DNA of 64,000 nucleotides from assembly GCA_963811165.1 (NCBI GenBank), contig CAWEQH010000009.1:1-64000 (forward strand), written 5' to 3'. A program made the translations under genes and the position numbers. The notes below the pieces were generated by a model. It saw only the letters and a program-made list of their open reading frames with translations. It did no database searches and was not told the DNA's origin. Source of the stretch: an uncultured Nitrospiraceae bacterium. GTDB lineage: Bacteria; Nitrospirota; Thermodesulfovibrionia; Thermodesulfovibrionales; UBA6898. Numbering within the stretch: position 1 is the stretch's first letter; every line of letters begins with the position of its first letter. Positions 37,856 to 48,869 of this stretch are shown piece after piece.

Positions 37856-39070
37856 GTGGCTGAAGTCTATCACGCGCTGGGTCTTACCATGCATCAGCCG
37901 CTTGGAAACCTCCTGGAACTTCATAACTCCGGTGAATCCTGGGAGGCCAGTCAGATACTGTGGTGCTACGACAGGCCTACGCGGATGCTCGAAGGATATG
38001 AGGACGTGGCGCGGCTGCATATGAGTTTCTCGGGAACACTCCTGAAACAGCTCGAAGACCCTGCTGTCAGAGAGGCCTTTCACGATGTGGTAAACATACA
38101 CGATTTTATCGACCGCTACAAGCGGTCGAACATCGAGTTTACAGGCACCGGACTCTACCATCCCGTCTATCCCCTGACCCCCCCTTCGGACTGGGACGCC
38201 CACACATCCTGGTGGTTGGGGCTCGGACGTCATCTCCTTGGAAGGGAGCAATTCCAGGGGTTCTGGCCGCCTGAAATGGGTTTCTGCATGGAGATGATCC
38301 CGATGCTTAGGCGCCACGGATATCGCTATGTTGTTGTGGACTCTTGGTACATAAAACCGAAGCGGAAGATGAGATGGGAAGAGCTTCGGTACAGGCCGTA
38401 TATCGCACGCTATGAGGGAGAAGAGATTATTGTCGTGCCGCGGGACCGGGAACTCTCGGACGCCCAGGAATCGGGGCTGGATCCCGGATGGTTTCAGCAT
38501 GAAATATATGAAAGGACGAAGTGGTGCGACTTTCCGGCGCTCGTCACCACCTGGACAGACGGTGAAAACGGAGGCTGGTTCCGGACAACCCAGACGGAAA
38601 GCGGGTTCTGGGGCCACTTTTACCATGCCATCCTCAACAGGTACCGCGAAGGCACCCTCGGGTTTACGCCGATCCATATCAGCGAGTACCTCGACAAGTA
38701 CCCTCCGGAAGAAGAAGTGGAGGTGCATCGCGGTGCGTGGAACACGGGACACCACTGGGGCGGTGATTTCACGCAGTGGACAGGCTCACTCTTACAGAAA
38801 AGGGGCTGGGACGAGATACGTAATGCAAGCGCCTATTATCAGGCGGTGAAGAAACGCTTTGATAAATACAAGGGGAAGGCGTCTGACCCCGAGGAAGTCG
38901 GTCAGCTTATCGTAGAGGCATATGACCATATTCTTACCGCAGAGACCAGCTGTAATTTCTACTGGGGAAGCAGCTGGGTGCACCGTTCCTTCGATGGTCT
39001 TGAACAGGCATATTATCTTCTCGATACTGCTATGGGCCTGCTTAAGGGAAAAAAGGGCCGGAATGATTAA
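37856..39070 (+). CDS. Glycoside hydrolase family 57 protein
   Basis: MHQP, GFWPPEMG (nucleophile), TDGENGGW (acid/base), AETSCNFYW. Confidence 0.88.
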   Translation: MAEVYHALGLTMHQPLGNLLELHNSGESWEASQILWCYDRPTRMLEGYEDVARLHMSFSGTLLKQLEDPAVREAFHDVVNIHDFIDRYKRSNIEFTGTGLYHPVYPLTPPSDWDAHTSWWLGLGRHLLGREQFQGFWPPEMGFCMEMIPMLRRHGYRYVVVDSWYIKPKRKMRWEELRYRPYIARYEGEEIIVVPRDRELSDAQESGLDPGWFQHEIYERTKWCDFPALVTTWTDGENGGWFRTTQTESGFWGHFYHAILNRYREGTLGFTPIHISEYLDKYPPEEEVEVHRGAWNTGHHWGGDFTQWTGSLLQKRGWDEIRNASAYYQAVKKRFDKYKGKASDPEEVGQLIVEAYDHILTAETSCNFYWGSSWVHRSFDGLEQAYYLLDTAMGLLKGKKGRND

Positions 39071-39163
39071 AAGAGTGACGACCGTGACCCTTCCAAGAAG
39101 ACCGGCCCATCGGTTATAATTTGGTAATCATCATTTTACTTTTATGATAGGAGGCCATGAGTT

Positions 39164-39955
39164 ATGAACCTTAAGCCGCTTCAAGACTGGGCCGTAATCA
39201 GAAGGTCCGAAGCCGACGAGAAGACCGCCGGCGGCATTATCATACCGGATACAGCGAAGGAGAAGCCCCTCGAAGGGGTGATTGTCGCGATCGGCCCGGG
39301 CAGATATAAGCTGGAAAAAGGGAAGGAAAAAGAGAAAAAGAAGAAGTTCTTCCCCACTGTTCTTAAACCGGGGCAGAAAGTCATTTACCAAAAATATGCC
39401 GAACGGGAAGTGGAACTGGGCAGCGAGGTTATCACTCTCGTCAGGGAAGAAGACATCCTCGGAACGGTAGAAGATTACGCTGTCGCCAATAGAAAGACGC
39501 ATGCCATAGAGGAGAAAAGGGAAGGGCCGGTAGCAATAAGGGAAAAGGCCCATGTCCCGGCGGTCACTCCCGCCAGGGTGTCCGGGAAAAAACCTTCCAC
39601 CGTCGAGAAAAAAACTCCGGAAAAGAAGCCGGCGGCAGTGAAGGGTAGCGCGTCTAAGAAAGCTGCGGCGAAACAGCCTGCGGAAAAGGCAACGAAAAAA
39701 ATCGTCGCGGAAAAGACGCAAAAGAAGGCACCAAAAAAGACATTACCTGTAAAGAAAAAGGCCGCTCCTCCGGCCATGAAATCCGTAGCCGGAAAGAAGG
39801 CGAAGGAAAAGGTCGTTGCCGGGAAACCGGCTGTAAAAAAGGCGGCCCAGCGTAAAACGACGAAGCCAGCGGCAAAGAAATCCGCAGTAAAAAAGATCGC
39901 TGTGAAAAAGATTGTGAAAAAGACATTGGCGAAGACCAAAGGCAAGAAGAAATAG
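39164..39955 (+). CDS. groES: Co-chaperonin GroES with a long Lys/Ala/Pro-rich C-terminal extension
   Basis: LKPLQDW.VI, KTAGGIIIPDTAKEKP.EG..VAIGPG, VREEDILG, then ~150 aa of basic low-complexity sequence. Confidence 0.85.
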   Translation: MNLKPLQDWAVIRRSEADEKTAGGIIIPDTAKEKPLEGVIVAIGPGRYKLEKGKEKEKKKKFFPTVLKPGQKVIYQKYAEREVELGSEVITLVREEDILGTVEDYAVANRKTHAIEEKREGPVAIREKAHVPAVTPARVSGKKPSTVEKKTPEKKPAAVKGSASKKAAAKQPAEKATKKIVAEKTQKKAPKKTLPVKKKAAPPAMKSVAGKKAKEKVVAGKPAVKKAAQRKTTKPAAKKSAVKKIAVKKIVKKTLAKTKGKKK

Positions 39956-39967
39956 AATCTGACTTCC

Positions 39968-39997
39968 GGGGGCTTGGAAAAGCCCCCTTTGTTTTTA
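39968..39997 (+). terminator. Terminator after groES
   Basis: ggggctt-ggaa-aagcccc followed by a T-rich tract. Confidence 0.7.
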
Positions 39998-40151
39998 CCT
40001 CCTATGAAAGTTTTCTGTCGGAGTTTACCGCCCCCCGTTCTCTCTTTCGGCGCCTTCAACGTTTTGGTAATTTTTAAAAAGGCCGTTGCTTACATAAGAC
40101 GCTCTGCGAGTTGTAGACAGGGCACGAAAAGAATATCATCGCAATCAGGGT

Positions 40152-41339
40152 CTATTCGGTCTGCGTTCTCTCTTCGGGAGGCTGGTAAGTACATCCCATT
40201 TTTCCGCAGTAATGGCCGACGTATTCCGACTCGGGCCTGTAGAGGGCGGGTTTTTCCTGCGCCTCTGAGAACTTCTCCTCGATAATATGTGCGCACCAGC
40301 CGGCTATCCGGGAGACAGCAAAGAGCGGGGTCATGAGATCCACCGGTACGCCCATCATATGATATACAGAGGCGCTGTAAAAATCGCAATTAGGCTTTAT
40401 CGTCTTTTTTCCCCTTCTGTCGAATTCTTCGAGGGCGGCCTGCTCGACCTGGATCGACAGGTCATACCATTTCTTTTGCCCCAGTTTCTCCCCTAGTCTG
40501 CGCGACATCTCTCGAAGAATCGCGGCCCTGGGGTCCATCGTCTTATAGACCGCGTGTCCCATCCCCATGATTTTCCTGCCCTGATCGATCTCCTTCCTCA
40601 CCCACCCGGCGATGTCCTTTTCCTGTTCCAGTTCCATAAGCATCCTCATGACCCGCGCGTTGGCGCCGCCGTGCAGGCTTCCCGAAAGTGCCCCCACTCC
40701 GGCCGCCACTCCGGCATACATATGGGCCCTCGTCGACACCACCTCGCGGCAGGCAAAGGTCGATGCGTTAAAGGTATGGTCGGCGTGGAGGATAAGGCAG
40801 ACATCGAGGTCCCGGGCGATTTCGGGATCAGGCTTTCTTCCGTGCAGCTGCCACAGAAAGTTGCCTGCATGCGAAAGACCCTTGTCGGCAGGAAGCGGCT
40901 CAAGACCGTTTCTGATGCGGTGCCAGGCAGCGATGAGGACAGGGATTCTTGCGATTAATCTGATCGCCTTTCTTAAGTTCCCCTCCCGTGTCTCATCCGG
41001 CAGTTCAGGGTCGGCAATGGCAAGAAGGGGCACGGACGCCTGAAGCACGTCCATCGGGAGCGACTGTTTCGGCCATCTTCTGAATGAATCATAGATAAAA
41101 TCCGGTATCTCTCGTGACTCCTCTATCTGCCCGGTGAAAGATTTGAGCCGATCTTTATCCGGAAGCCCGTCATTGAGAAGCAGCCAGACAGTATCGGGAA
41201 AGGTGGACTTTTCTGCAAGGTCCTCTATCCGGTACCCGCGGTAGATAAGGACGCCTTGTTCTCCATCGATGAAACTGATCTTCGTATCGGCCACAGCGAC
41301 CCCGCGGAGGCCGGTATTTTTTATGCGGACTGTTTCCAT
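40152..41339 (-). CDS. Citrate synthase / 2-methylcitrate synthase
   Basis: GLRGV, LIYRGY, HADHTFNAST, LHGGAN, MGMGHAVYKT.DPRA, PNCDFYS. Confidence 0.95.
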   Translation of the reverse strand: METVRIKNTGLRGVAVADTKISFIDGEQGVLIYRGYRIEDLAEKSTFPDTVWLLLNDGLPDKDRLKSFTGQIEESREIPDFIYDSFRRWPKQSLPMDVLQASVPLLAIADPELPDETREGNLRKAIRLIARIPVLIAAWHRIRNGLEPLPADKGLSHAGNFLWQLHGRKPDPEIARDLDVCLILHADHTFNASTFACREVVSTRAHMYAGVAAGVGALSGSLHGGANARVMRMLMELEQEKDIAGWVRKEIDQGRKIMGMGHAVYKTMDPRAAILREMSRRLGEKLGQKKWYDLSIQVEQAALEEFDRRGKKTIKPNCDFYSASVYHMMGVPVDLMTPLFAVSRIAGWCAHIIEEKFSEAQEKPALYRPESEYVGHYCGKMGCTYQPPEERTQTE

Positions 41340-41387
41340 TATTGTCGCTCCTTTTCCTTTATACCGGACATAATTCTCTGGGTTACG

Positions 41388-42350
41388 CTACCGCACCTCA
41401 ACCATAAAACTCAGGACTACAACTTTGCCGTTGTGCCCGACCTGGCTGAATACCTGGTAGAGACCCTTGGCCGGAAATACGACGGGCACATCGATTTCAG
41501 GTCCGAATTTTTTCGGGACGTTCATATGCATCATGTGCATCATATGTCCCATATGCTCATGTCCCATCGATGCCCCCGGCAACTCGCCGTGCTCGTGCAT
41601 AAAGTTTTCGAGGTCGGAAGAGATGATGGCAACATGCATAGGCGCCGCAAGATACGGTTCAAGGTCTGTGACCGGTTCGCCGTCTTTTCTGATCATATAT
41701 TTCAGGGTCGTCTCTTTCCCGGCGGTGATCGTTTCAGGGACAGTTGTAAGGGCCACCGATAAATCGCCGAACTTCTTGTTGCGGGAGAGATCTTTTGTAA
41801 AAAGACCCATCTTCGGTCCGCCTTCGACCGCCACAGTAAAATGTTCGGAGATGAGATTGTCCTTTGCCGCTGTGTCGAGGGCGATGATATAGCGTCCTGC
41901 CTTCGGAAAGGTGAAGCGCACCGGATATTCCGCCTTCTTCTTCATCTCATCCGTGATCGGCCAGAAATCGTCGGGGTGGATGTGGGCGAACACCGTAAAA
42001 TCTGCCGAAGCGATGACCACATGAACCAGGCGGTCGTGTGTGATCTGAAGGTCCTGGACCGGTTTGCCTTCGCGGTCCTTTATCGTAAAGAGCATCTTTG
42101 CCTCGGTCCCCGCCTTCAGCTCTGCAGGCACTGTCTTAAGGTCGACAACGACTTCGGAGGCCTTCATTATATGCATGTCCTTCATCTGCATATCTCCGTC
42201 ATGGGTGTTGTGGTGATGCTCGTGCATCGCCGGCATCTCTGAAAAAACGTAACCGCAGAAGAGCAGAGGCATAATTACGGCACCCATTACGACGACTTGC
42301 CGCAGACAGACAACGCGTCTTTTTAAAAAAATACTGATTCTGTTCGTCAT
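41388..42350 (-). CDS. Exported His/Met-rich putative copper/heavy-metal-binding protein
   Basis: MHEHHHNTH, HDRLVHVVI...FAHIHP, LEPYLAAPMH...FMHEH, GHEHMGHMMHMMHM, FPAKGLYQVFSQ. Confidence 0.8.
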   Translation of the reverse strand: MTNRISIFLKRRVVCLRQVVVMGAVIMPLLFCGYVFSEMPAMHEHHHNTHDGDMQMKDMHIMKASEVVVDLKTVPAELKAGTEAKMLFTIKDREGKPVQDLQITHDRLVHVVIASADFTVFAHIHPDDFWPITDEMKKKAEYPVRFTFPKAGRYIIALDTAAKDNLISEHFTVAVEGGPKMGLFTKDLSRNKKFGDLSVALTTVPETITAGKETTLKYMIRKDGEPVTDLEPYLAAPMHVAIISSDLENFMHEHGELPGASMGHEHMGHMMHMMHMNVPKKFGPEIDVPVVFPAKGLYQVFSQVGHNGKVVVLSFMVEVR

Positions 42351-42434
42351 GAGATATCTCCTTGTGTAAATACGCTGATCTTAAATGGATTATATCATGC
42401 CAATTTTCGAACGCAAGATGATAAGTCAGCCGTC

Positions 42435-42555
42435 TGAGGACAGCATCCTTGCTCATTCTCGGTCCATCGAAGCTCCGGACCTCCGAGGCACCGTCGCGCA
42501 TCACCAATGTGGTGATGCAATACGCGCCGCTGAAACCGCTCGGATGCTATCCTCA
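42435..42555. repeat. Repeat family C, second full copy (inverted)
   Basis: tgaggacagcatc...gatgctatcctca. Confidence 0.8.
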
Positions 42556-42599
42556 AACGTATTTTTTTTGTGGTTTGTACCTGGGTAGAGAGGCGGTGA

Positions 42600-43271
42600 T
42601 TATTTAAGAAGGATGTAGAGCGCTCCGAGACCGCCGTCGCACTGCCGGGCCGTAACAAAGGCCGCGACATATTTCCGGTACTTGCCCGAGAGGCGCTTGA
42701 CGAGCGTCTCTTTCAGGACGGGGCCGCGGGGTGAGCGAAGCCCTCTTCCATGGATAATCTTTACACATTGGTACCTCTTTTTCAGGGCCTCTTTGAAGAA
42801 GGTTTCGACTTCCTCCTCCGACTCCTCTACGGAAAGGCCGTGCAAATCGAGACAGTCCTTTACGGAGAAGCGTCCTTCATGGAGAAGCCTGGTAATATCG
42901 CCGCTGAAGTCCTCGTTTACCCATTCCACATACTCCTGCGTATGAGCGAGATTGACCGCCCGCCGGCCCGCGACGATTTCCTTGAGTGCGGTGAGCGCTT
43001 CGTTTTCCCGGTTGCCTTTCTTGCAGGGAACGGTCGCCCTCTTCACATCCGCCCGAAGTGACCTGAATTCCCTGATCTCCTTCACCCCGGACATCTCCCG
43101 GGCAAAGAGTTCTTCGTCGGTGAGGGTCTCTTTTTTTTTGGTAAGAACTGGTTTGGGGACTGCTGTTATGGGAGCTGCTTTAATCCCGCGGCCATCGATC
43201 ATTTTTTTCAGGCCCTCAAACGGCTGGAACGAAAAGGTCTCGGGTGTATTTCTTTTTTCGCCCATGTGCAT
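42600..43271 (-). CDS. Smr/MutS2 C-terminal domain protein (SmrA-like)
   Basis: ELFAREMSGVK, LDLHGL, IIHGRGLRS, DGGLGALYILL. Confidence 0.9.
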   Translation of the reverse strand: MHMGEKRNTPETFSFQPFEGLKKMIDGRGIKAAPITAVPKPVLTKKKETLTDEELFAREMSGVKEIREFRSLRADVKRATVPCKKGNRENEALTALKEIVAGRRAVNLAHTQEYVEWVNEDFSGDITRLLHEGRFSVKDCLDLHGLSVEESEEEVETFFKEALKKRYQCVKIIHGRGLRSPRGPVLKETLVKRLSGKYRKYVAAFVTARQCDGGLGALYILLK

Positions 43272-43368
43272 ATCCTTGCTTATTGTAACAAAAGTATTGT
43301 CCCGGGCACTCTCTTTTTGGTAGTTTCTTAGATCTGGGACACTACCCTCCTTTCTCCCCGGCGCATTC

Positions 43369-44823
43369 CTAATACCTCATCCTCACCCTGTAGGTCAGTT
43401 TTACCTCGCTGTCCTTTGCCACGGGCACGCTAAACTCGGCGGTGAAGGCCTCTGTCTTTTTGTATTCGACTGAGGAGCTAAGCATTCTCCAGTCTCCAGG
43501 AACCGGCTCCACGACCCTTACGATAACGTCTTCCTTCTTATGGTTCCTTATCGAGATTTCATATGCAGCCTCATACGTGTCGTAGGCGATCTTTTTCCAG
43601 TCCGTCTGTTTCCTGGACCCGACCACGTCGAATGCGTCTCCGAGTTTGATCCTGATCTTCTCGTCTTTTGGCGTATGGTCGATCGAGTCTTCCCCGATGA
43701 ACTGCAGGCTTCCCTCCGTATCGTTCTTATAGACGCGGACTGTACCCTTTGGAAGCGGGATGCCGAGGTTGTTTTCTTTTTTGTTTTGGATCTCGACATA
43801 GACACCGATCTTTTGGTTGGTCATCGCTTCGCCGTATTGGCTGTAATAATAGTATTTGGCGCCGTAAAAAAGCAGTTCCTTTTTTACGGGAATATCCCCG
43901 GCGCTTACGAGGCCGATCTGTTTCGTCTGGTTGTCTTTGATCGTGGAAGGTCTCTGCAATGTGTAAATGTGGTACTCAAAAAATGATTCTTCCTTAAACT
44001 GGGGGGCTGCCGGGCGGGCCATAGCGCCCGCGAGACGTTCCGTTCTTGCCTTATATTCAAATTCATCTTTGACCCTGTTTACGTCACCGGCCACGAGTTT
44101 GATCTTTGCATCTCTGTATATTGTACCGCTTTTGTTGTCGATCGTGACCCATCCGGAGAGGTCGGCACGGTCGTCTTTTTCGTTCATGGTGAGGACATAG
44201 TCGGCCCTCCAGTTTAAATTGTTTGTCAGATAAGATGCCTCGATCGCCTGGGCCGAGGTGAGACGGTTTTCGAGGAGCCAAAGAAGTGTAGGTTTCGATA
44301 TAAGGTTCTCGGGAACGCCGGGGAAAATGATCCTGCCGGGATGGCCGAAGGTTATCCCGCCGTCTATCTTGAATATGGGACCGCCGTTGTTTGAAAGGAG
44401 GGTTGCGGAGATGATCTCTTCCCTTTCCGTGTACGGATTTTTCTGATAGAGTTTTACCTCCTTCCCCACGTACTTGTCGAGGAGTTTCTGGGGGTTCAGG
44501 AGATCGTATTCGTAGTTTTGTTCGAGTACATCGAGGCTGCCGGGGTCCGTGAGCGACTTTATGTATACACTCGTCGGGATTATTTGCGATGCGACGTCCG
44601 TAAATCGTACCTCACTCTTTCCCGTGGGGATGGCGATCTTTCTCCGGTCTTTGACGAGTCCGAGGTTTACGTTATAGATCGTAACCGCGACAGCGGTCTG
44701 GTCCGCTAACCCCGATGAAAGACCGGCGCCTTTGTCCCCGCTCTCGGGATATGCGCTTCCGAGAAATAGTGTGACAAGAAAAAGTACCGACGATATAAGA
44801 CCAAAAAAAGGTTTTGCTTTCAT
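43369..44823 (-). CDS. DUF4139/DUF4140 exported protein
   Basis: VTIYN.NLGLVKD.R, LEQNYEYDLL, YLT..LNWRADY, FEYHIYTL, GIPLPKG.VRVY. Confidence 0.88.
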   Translation of the reverse strand: MKAKPFFGLISSVLFLVTLFLGSAYPESGDKGAGLSSGLADQTAVAVTIYNVNLGLVKDRRKIAIPTGKSEVRFTDVASQIIPTSVYIKSLTDPGSLDVLEQNYEYDLLNPQKLLDKYVGKEVKLYQKNPYTEREEIISATLLSNNGGPIFKIDGGITFGHPGRIIFPGVPENLISKPTLLWLLENRLTSAQAIEASYLTNNLNWRADYVLTMNEKDDRADLSGWVTIDNKSGTIYRDAKIKLVAGDVNRVKDEFEYKARTERLAGAMARPAAPQFKEESFFEYHIYTLQRPSTIKDNQTKQIGLVSAGDIPVKKELLFYGAKYYYYSQYGEAMTNQKIGVYVEIQNKKENNLGIPLPKGTVRVYKNDTEGSLQFIGEDSIDHTPKDEKIRIKLGDAFDVVGSRKQTDWKKIAYDTYEAAYEISIRNHKKEDVIVRVVEPVPGDWRMLSSSVEYKKTEAFTAEFSVPVAKDSEVKLTYRVRMRY

Positions 44824-44942
44824 ATAGGGCCTCCGTGAATTTCTTCTGATAGATATAAGTTTATCCCAGATAGGTCTTTAAAAATAGTAAAAATTATAAT
44901 TGTGGATCTACTATCCATTTGTGAAGAAGGGAGATCGTCTTT

Positions 44943-44987
44943 TCGCTCATTCTCGCCCGCCCGCCTGAGGCGGGCAAGCTCCGAGGC
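44943..44987. repeat. Partial copy of repeat family C with an internal hairpin
   Basis: tcgctcattctcg-cccgcc-tga-ggcggg-ctccgaggc. Confidence 0.6.
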
Positions 44988-45183
44988 AATTTCTCGATCC
45001 GCCCGTGTCGGATCAATACGAGAAATTGAAGCCGCTCAAAGACGATCTCCCTTCTTCATTTGTGCGATGCCGGAATAAAGTTTGTGAATTGTATGGGCGG
45101 TATTCCCCTTGCGGTCCTGCACTATGGCTTGACAACCATCCCCTTGTCGTATAAATTAACCCAAAAAACCAAGGAGGACAGGA

Positions 45184-45603
45184 ATGGCTAAGGCGACGAT
45201 ACGATATAACGGAGGACTGCAGTTCGTGGGAGAGGCCGATTCCAGGCATGCGGTCGTCATGGACGCGGAAGAGAAGTTCGGCGGCAGGGATTCAGGCGCC
45301 AGGCCGATGGAACTCCTGCTTATGGGTATCGGCGGATGCTCCGGCATGGACATCGTTTCGATATTGAAGAAAAAGAGGGAACATGTTACCGACCTTGAGA
45401 TAAATGTGGACGGGAAAATGGCCGAGGATTACCCCCATAAATATACTCAGATCGATATCGAATATGTCGTCACTGGAAAGAATTTGTCCGACGAGGCGGT
45501 GAAGCGGGCGGTGCAGCTCTCGATGGACAAGTACTGCTCGGTCAAGGCAACACTCGAAGGCTCCGCGAAGATAACCTTTTCGTACAAGATAGTCGAGGAA
45601 TAA
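45184..45603 (+). CDS. OsmC/YhfA family protein
   Basis: GARPMELLL.GIGGCSGMDIVSIL.K, LS.DKYCSV; GGAGG RBS; TTGACA at 45129. Confidence 0.92.
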   Translation: MAKATIRYNGGLQFVGEADSRHAVVMDAEEKFGGRDSGARPMELLLMGIGGCSGMDIVSILKKKREHVTDLEINVDGKMAEDYPHKYTQIDIEYVVTGKNLSDEAVKRAVQLSMDKYCSVKATLEGSAKITFSYKIVEE

Positions 45604-45631
45604 GTAGGGGCACATTGCAATGTGCCCCTAC
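45604..45631. repeat. GTAG-type REP palindrome (may act as a bidirectional terminator)
   Basis: gtaggggcacattgcaatgtgcccctac, a perfect palindrome between convergent genes. Confidence 0.75.
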
Positions 45632-45647
45632 AGCCACTGTTTTTTTG

Positions 45648-48600
45648 TCATTCCGCCGCAGTCTGTTCTTTATGATGCTCTGCAGCGACCAACATATAGA
45701 TGGAGGGCACCACAAAGAGGGTAAAGAGGGTGCCTACGAACATGCCTCCTACCAGCACAAGACCGATTGAGTTACGGGCGGCTGCGCCGGCCCCGGTGAC
45801 GAGGGTCAGGGGAAAGTGACCGGCAATGGTGGCGGCGCTTGTCATCAGGATCGGCCGCAGTCGTGTCATTGCTGCTTCACGCACTGCCTCAAGCTTGGGG
45901 TGGCCCTCCAATTGCAGCCGGTTGGCAAACTCCACGATCAGGATTCCGTTTTTGGACACCAGTCCGACCAAAGTTACCAGTCCGACCTGGGAGTATATGT
46001 TTAGAGTGGTAGTCCAGCCGCGCGTCCAGAAGGGGACGTTGGGGTCCGGCATCTTCAGGAAGGTGAAGAGCAGCGCTCCGAACATGGCCAGCGGCACCGA
46101 ACCCGCCAGGATGACAAAGGGGTCGCGGAAGCTGTTGAACTGGGCGGCCAGCACCAAAAATATCAGGATGACTGCCAGGCCAAATGCAGGGAGAAACTTG
46201 TTTCCCTCGGTGCGCAACTGGCGTGACTCTCCGGTATAGTCGATGACATACCCTTTGGGCAGGATCTTCGCTGCCTCGTCCTCAAGGTAGCGGAGTGCCT
46301 CGTCAAGCGGCCGCACCGCCACGCCGCTAATCTTGACTGCGTTTAGCTGCTGGAAGCGGTTGAGGGAACGGGGCACGACAGAATCGCGAAGTGTGGCGAT
46401 GGTGTTAAGCGGGATCAGCTTGCCGCCCGGGCCGGTGACATAGATATTCTGGAGTTGCTCCGGGTTAAGGCGTCCGATCCGCTCGATCTGGGGAATTACC
46501 TTGTAGCTTCGGCCGAAGATGTCGAAGCGATTGACGAAGTCCCCCCCACCATGCCTCCCAGGTCGCCGCCAATCTGCCCTAGGTTGAGCCCCAGGTCTGC
46601 GACCTTGTCGCGGTCTATGAGGAATTCCGACTGGGGTTGGTCGATCTTGACATCGATCTGAGGCGGGAAGGCGAACATGCCGCTTTGAATGGCCTTCATT
46701 TGCAGTTGGTGTGCGAAATCGAGGATCTGTCCGGCCTCGGCGGTCGATGCCAATATGAATTCGACAGGAAACTGCCCGCCTCCCGGCAGCGCAGGCGGTG
46801 TCACAGGGAAGATCTGGATGCCGGGGATCTTCTGCAACTTCTGCTGGACCTCGGGCATGATCTGGAAGATGTTTCGTTTGCGCTTGTCCCAGGGCTTGAC
46901 CACCATGCCTCCGAAACCAGAATTGGGGAAGGTGATCTGAAAGGTGAAGTCGGTCTCGGGCACACTCATGAAGGCCCGGTTTACCGCCGCTGCGTAACGT
47001 GTGTTTTGATCGAGGGTGGAGTTGGCCGAGGCATCGAGGATGCCGAAGATGACGCCCTGGTCCTCGGTCGGCGCCAGTTCCTTGGCGGACATCCTAAACA
47101 TCGGCACGGTCAGCAGGGAGATAATGATCCAGACCGTGTAGACCGCGGGACGGACATTGAGGGTGGCGGTGAGCAATCTGCCGTATGTTTCCCTCAGGCG
47201 TGTGAAGTCATGCGAGATGCGGCCGGCCAGGCCGTGCTCCCCGGCGCCAGGTTTAAGCAGTGTGGCTGACATGACCGGAGAAAGGGTCAGGGCCACGATC
47301 CCCGAGATGGTGACGGCACCCGCGAGGGTGAAGGCGAACTCCTTAAACAGAGAGCCTGTCAATCCCCCCTGCAGACCTACGGGGAGATAGACCGCCGCAA
47401 GCGTGACGGTCATGGCGATGATCGGCCCGACCAGTTCGCGGGCGCCAAGCAGGGCGGCCTCTAGGGCCGATTTTCCGGTCCGCAGGTGGCGCTCGACATT
47501 TTCGACCACAACAATGGCGTCGTCGACAACCAGTCCGACAGAGAGGACGATGGCCAGAAGGGTGAGCAGGTTCACCGTAAAGCCGAAGGCCTGCATCAGG
47601 AATACCGCGCCGATAAGTGAGACCGGGATGGCGACTACCGGGATGAAGACCGACCGGAAGGAACCGAGGAAGAGGAATATGACGACGACCACGATCATCA
47701 GCGTGTCACCGAGGGTCTTGAGCACCTCGTGGATGGCGTTGGTAATATAGTCGGTAGCGTCGTAGGCGACACGGGACTGCATGCCGCTTGGCAGGTCCCG
47801 CTGAATGGACGCCATCTCGGTCTTCACCCGCTTGATAACGTCCACGGAATTGGCGTTAGGAAGAGGCCAGATCCCCATAAAGACGGCTGTCTGCCCCGAG
47901 AAGTGGACCTCTGAGTCGTAGTCCTCGGCCCCGAGGACCACGTCGGCGATGTCTGAAAGACGCACGATGGCGCCGTTTTGGTCACGCACGGCAAGCTGTT
48001 TGAACTCCCCGACCGTCTTCAGGTTTGTATCGGCGGTCAGGTTGACCTGGATGTAGACGCCTTTGCTCTGGCCGAGGGCGGCAAGGAAGTTATTGGCAGC
48101 CATGGCCTGGCGCACCTGGACAGGGCTGATGTTAAGGGCGGCCATCCGCTCAGGCTTGAGCCATATGCGCATGGCAAAGGTGCGGGCTCCCAGTATGTCG
48201 GCCCGCTGCACCCCGTCGATGGCCGCGAGGCGCGGCTGGACAATGCGCACCAGGTATTCGGTGATCTCATTCTGTTTCAGAATGTCCGAGGTGAAGCTGA
48301 GGTATGCCGAGGCGAACTGGCTGTCAGCCGACTCGATGTTGATCGCAGGCACCTCGGCCTCGGGCGGGAGATCACGGCGTACCTGGTCAACCTTCGAACT
48401 GATCTCGGCAAGTGCCTTGGTAGAGTCGTAGTTGATCTTGAGTCGCACCTTGATGGTCGAGAGCCCGAGCGTGCTCTGAGACTCCATGTACTCGATGCCG
48501 TCGGCGGCTGCGATGGTACGCTCAAGAGGGGTGGTGACGAACCCACGCACCAGTTCGGCGCTGGCTCCGACATAGACTGTGGTAACCGTCACCGCCGCGT

Positions 48601-48724
48601 TTTCACTGCGGGGATACTGACGCACATTTAGGGTCCGGATTGCCTGCAGACCGGCTATGAGGATAAGCAGGTTTACCACAAGGGCCAACACAGGCCGGCG
48701 GATGAAGAGATCGGTGATTTTCAT
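45648..48724 (-). CDS. RND efflux permease (MexW/MexI-like) with a frameshift at the homopolymer 46541-46547
   Basis: FIRRPVLA, GLVVDDAIVVVENV, KNGILIVEFA, RLRPILMT. Adding one G restores GGDFVNRFDIFGRSYKVIPQ. Confidence 0.93.
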
Positions 48725-48737
48725 GAGACGAGCATAC

Positions 48738-48853
48738 CAACCCCTCCCGACCTCCCCTTATCAGGGGAGGGGTAAAAGAGTCCGGTCTTATCCTTCTCAG
48801 TGGTGAAGAACGAAATTTCTTCCCCCTTGATAAGGGGGGATTGAGGGGGGTTG
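48738..48853. repeat. C/G-rich palindromic repeat, same family as 16572-16647
   Basis: caacccctccc..cctcccctt.tcaggggaggg ... tccccc.tgataagggg..t.gaggggg.ttg. Confidence 0.75.
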
Positions 48854-48869
48854 GGGTCGGTTTTCTCTT

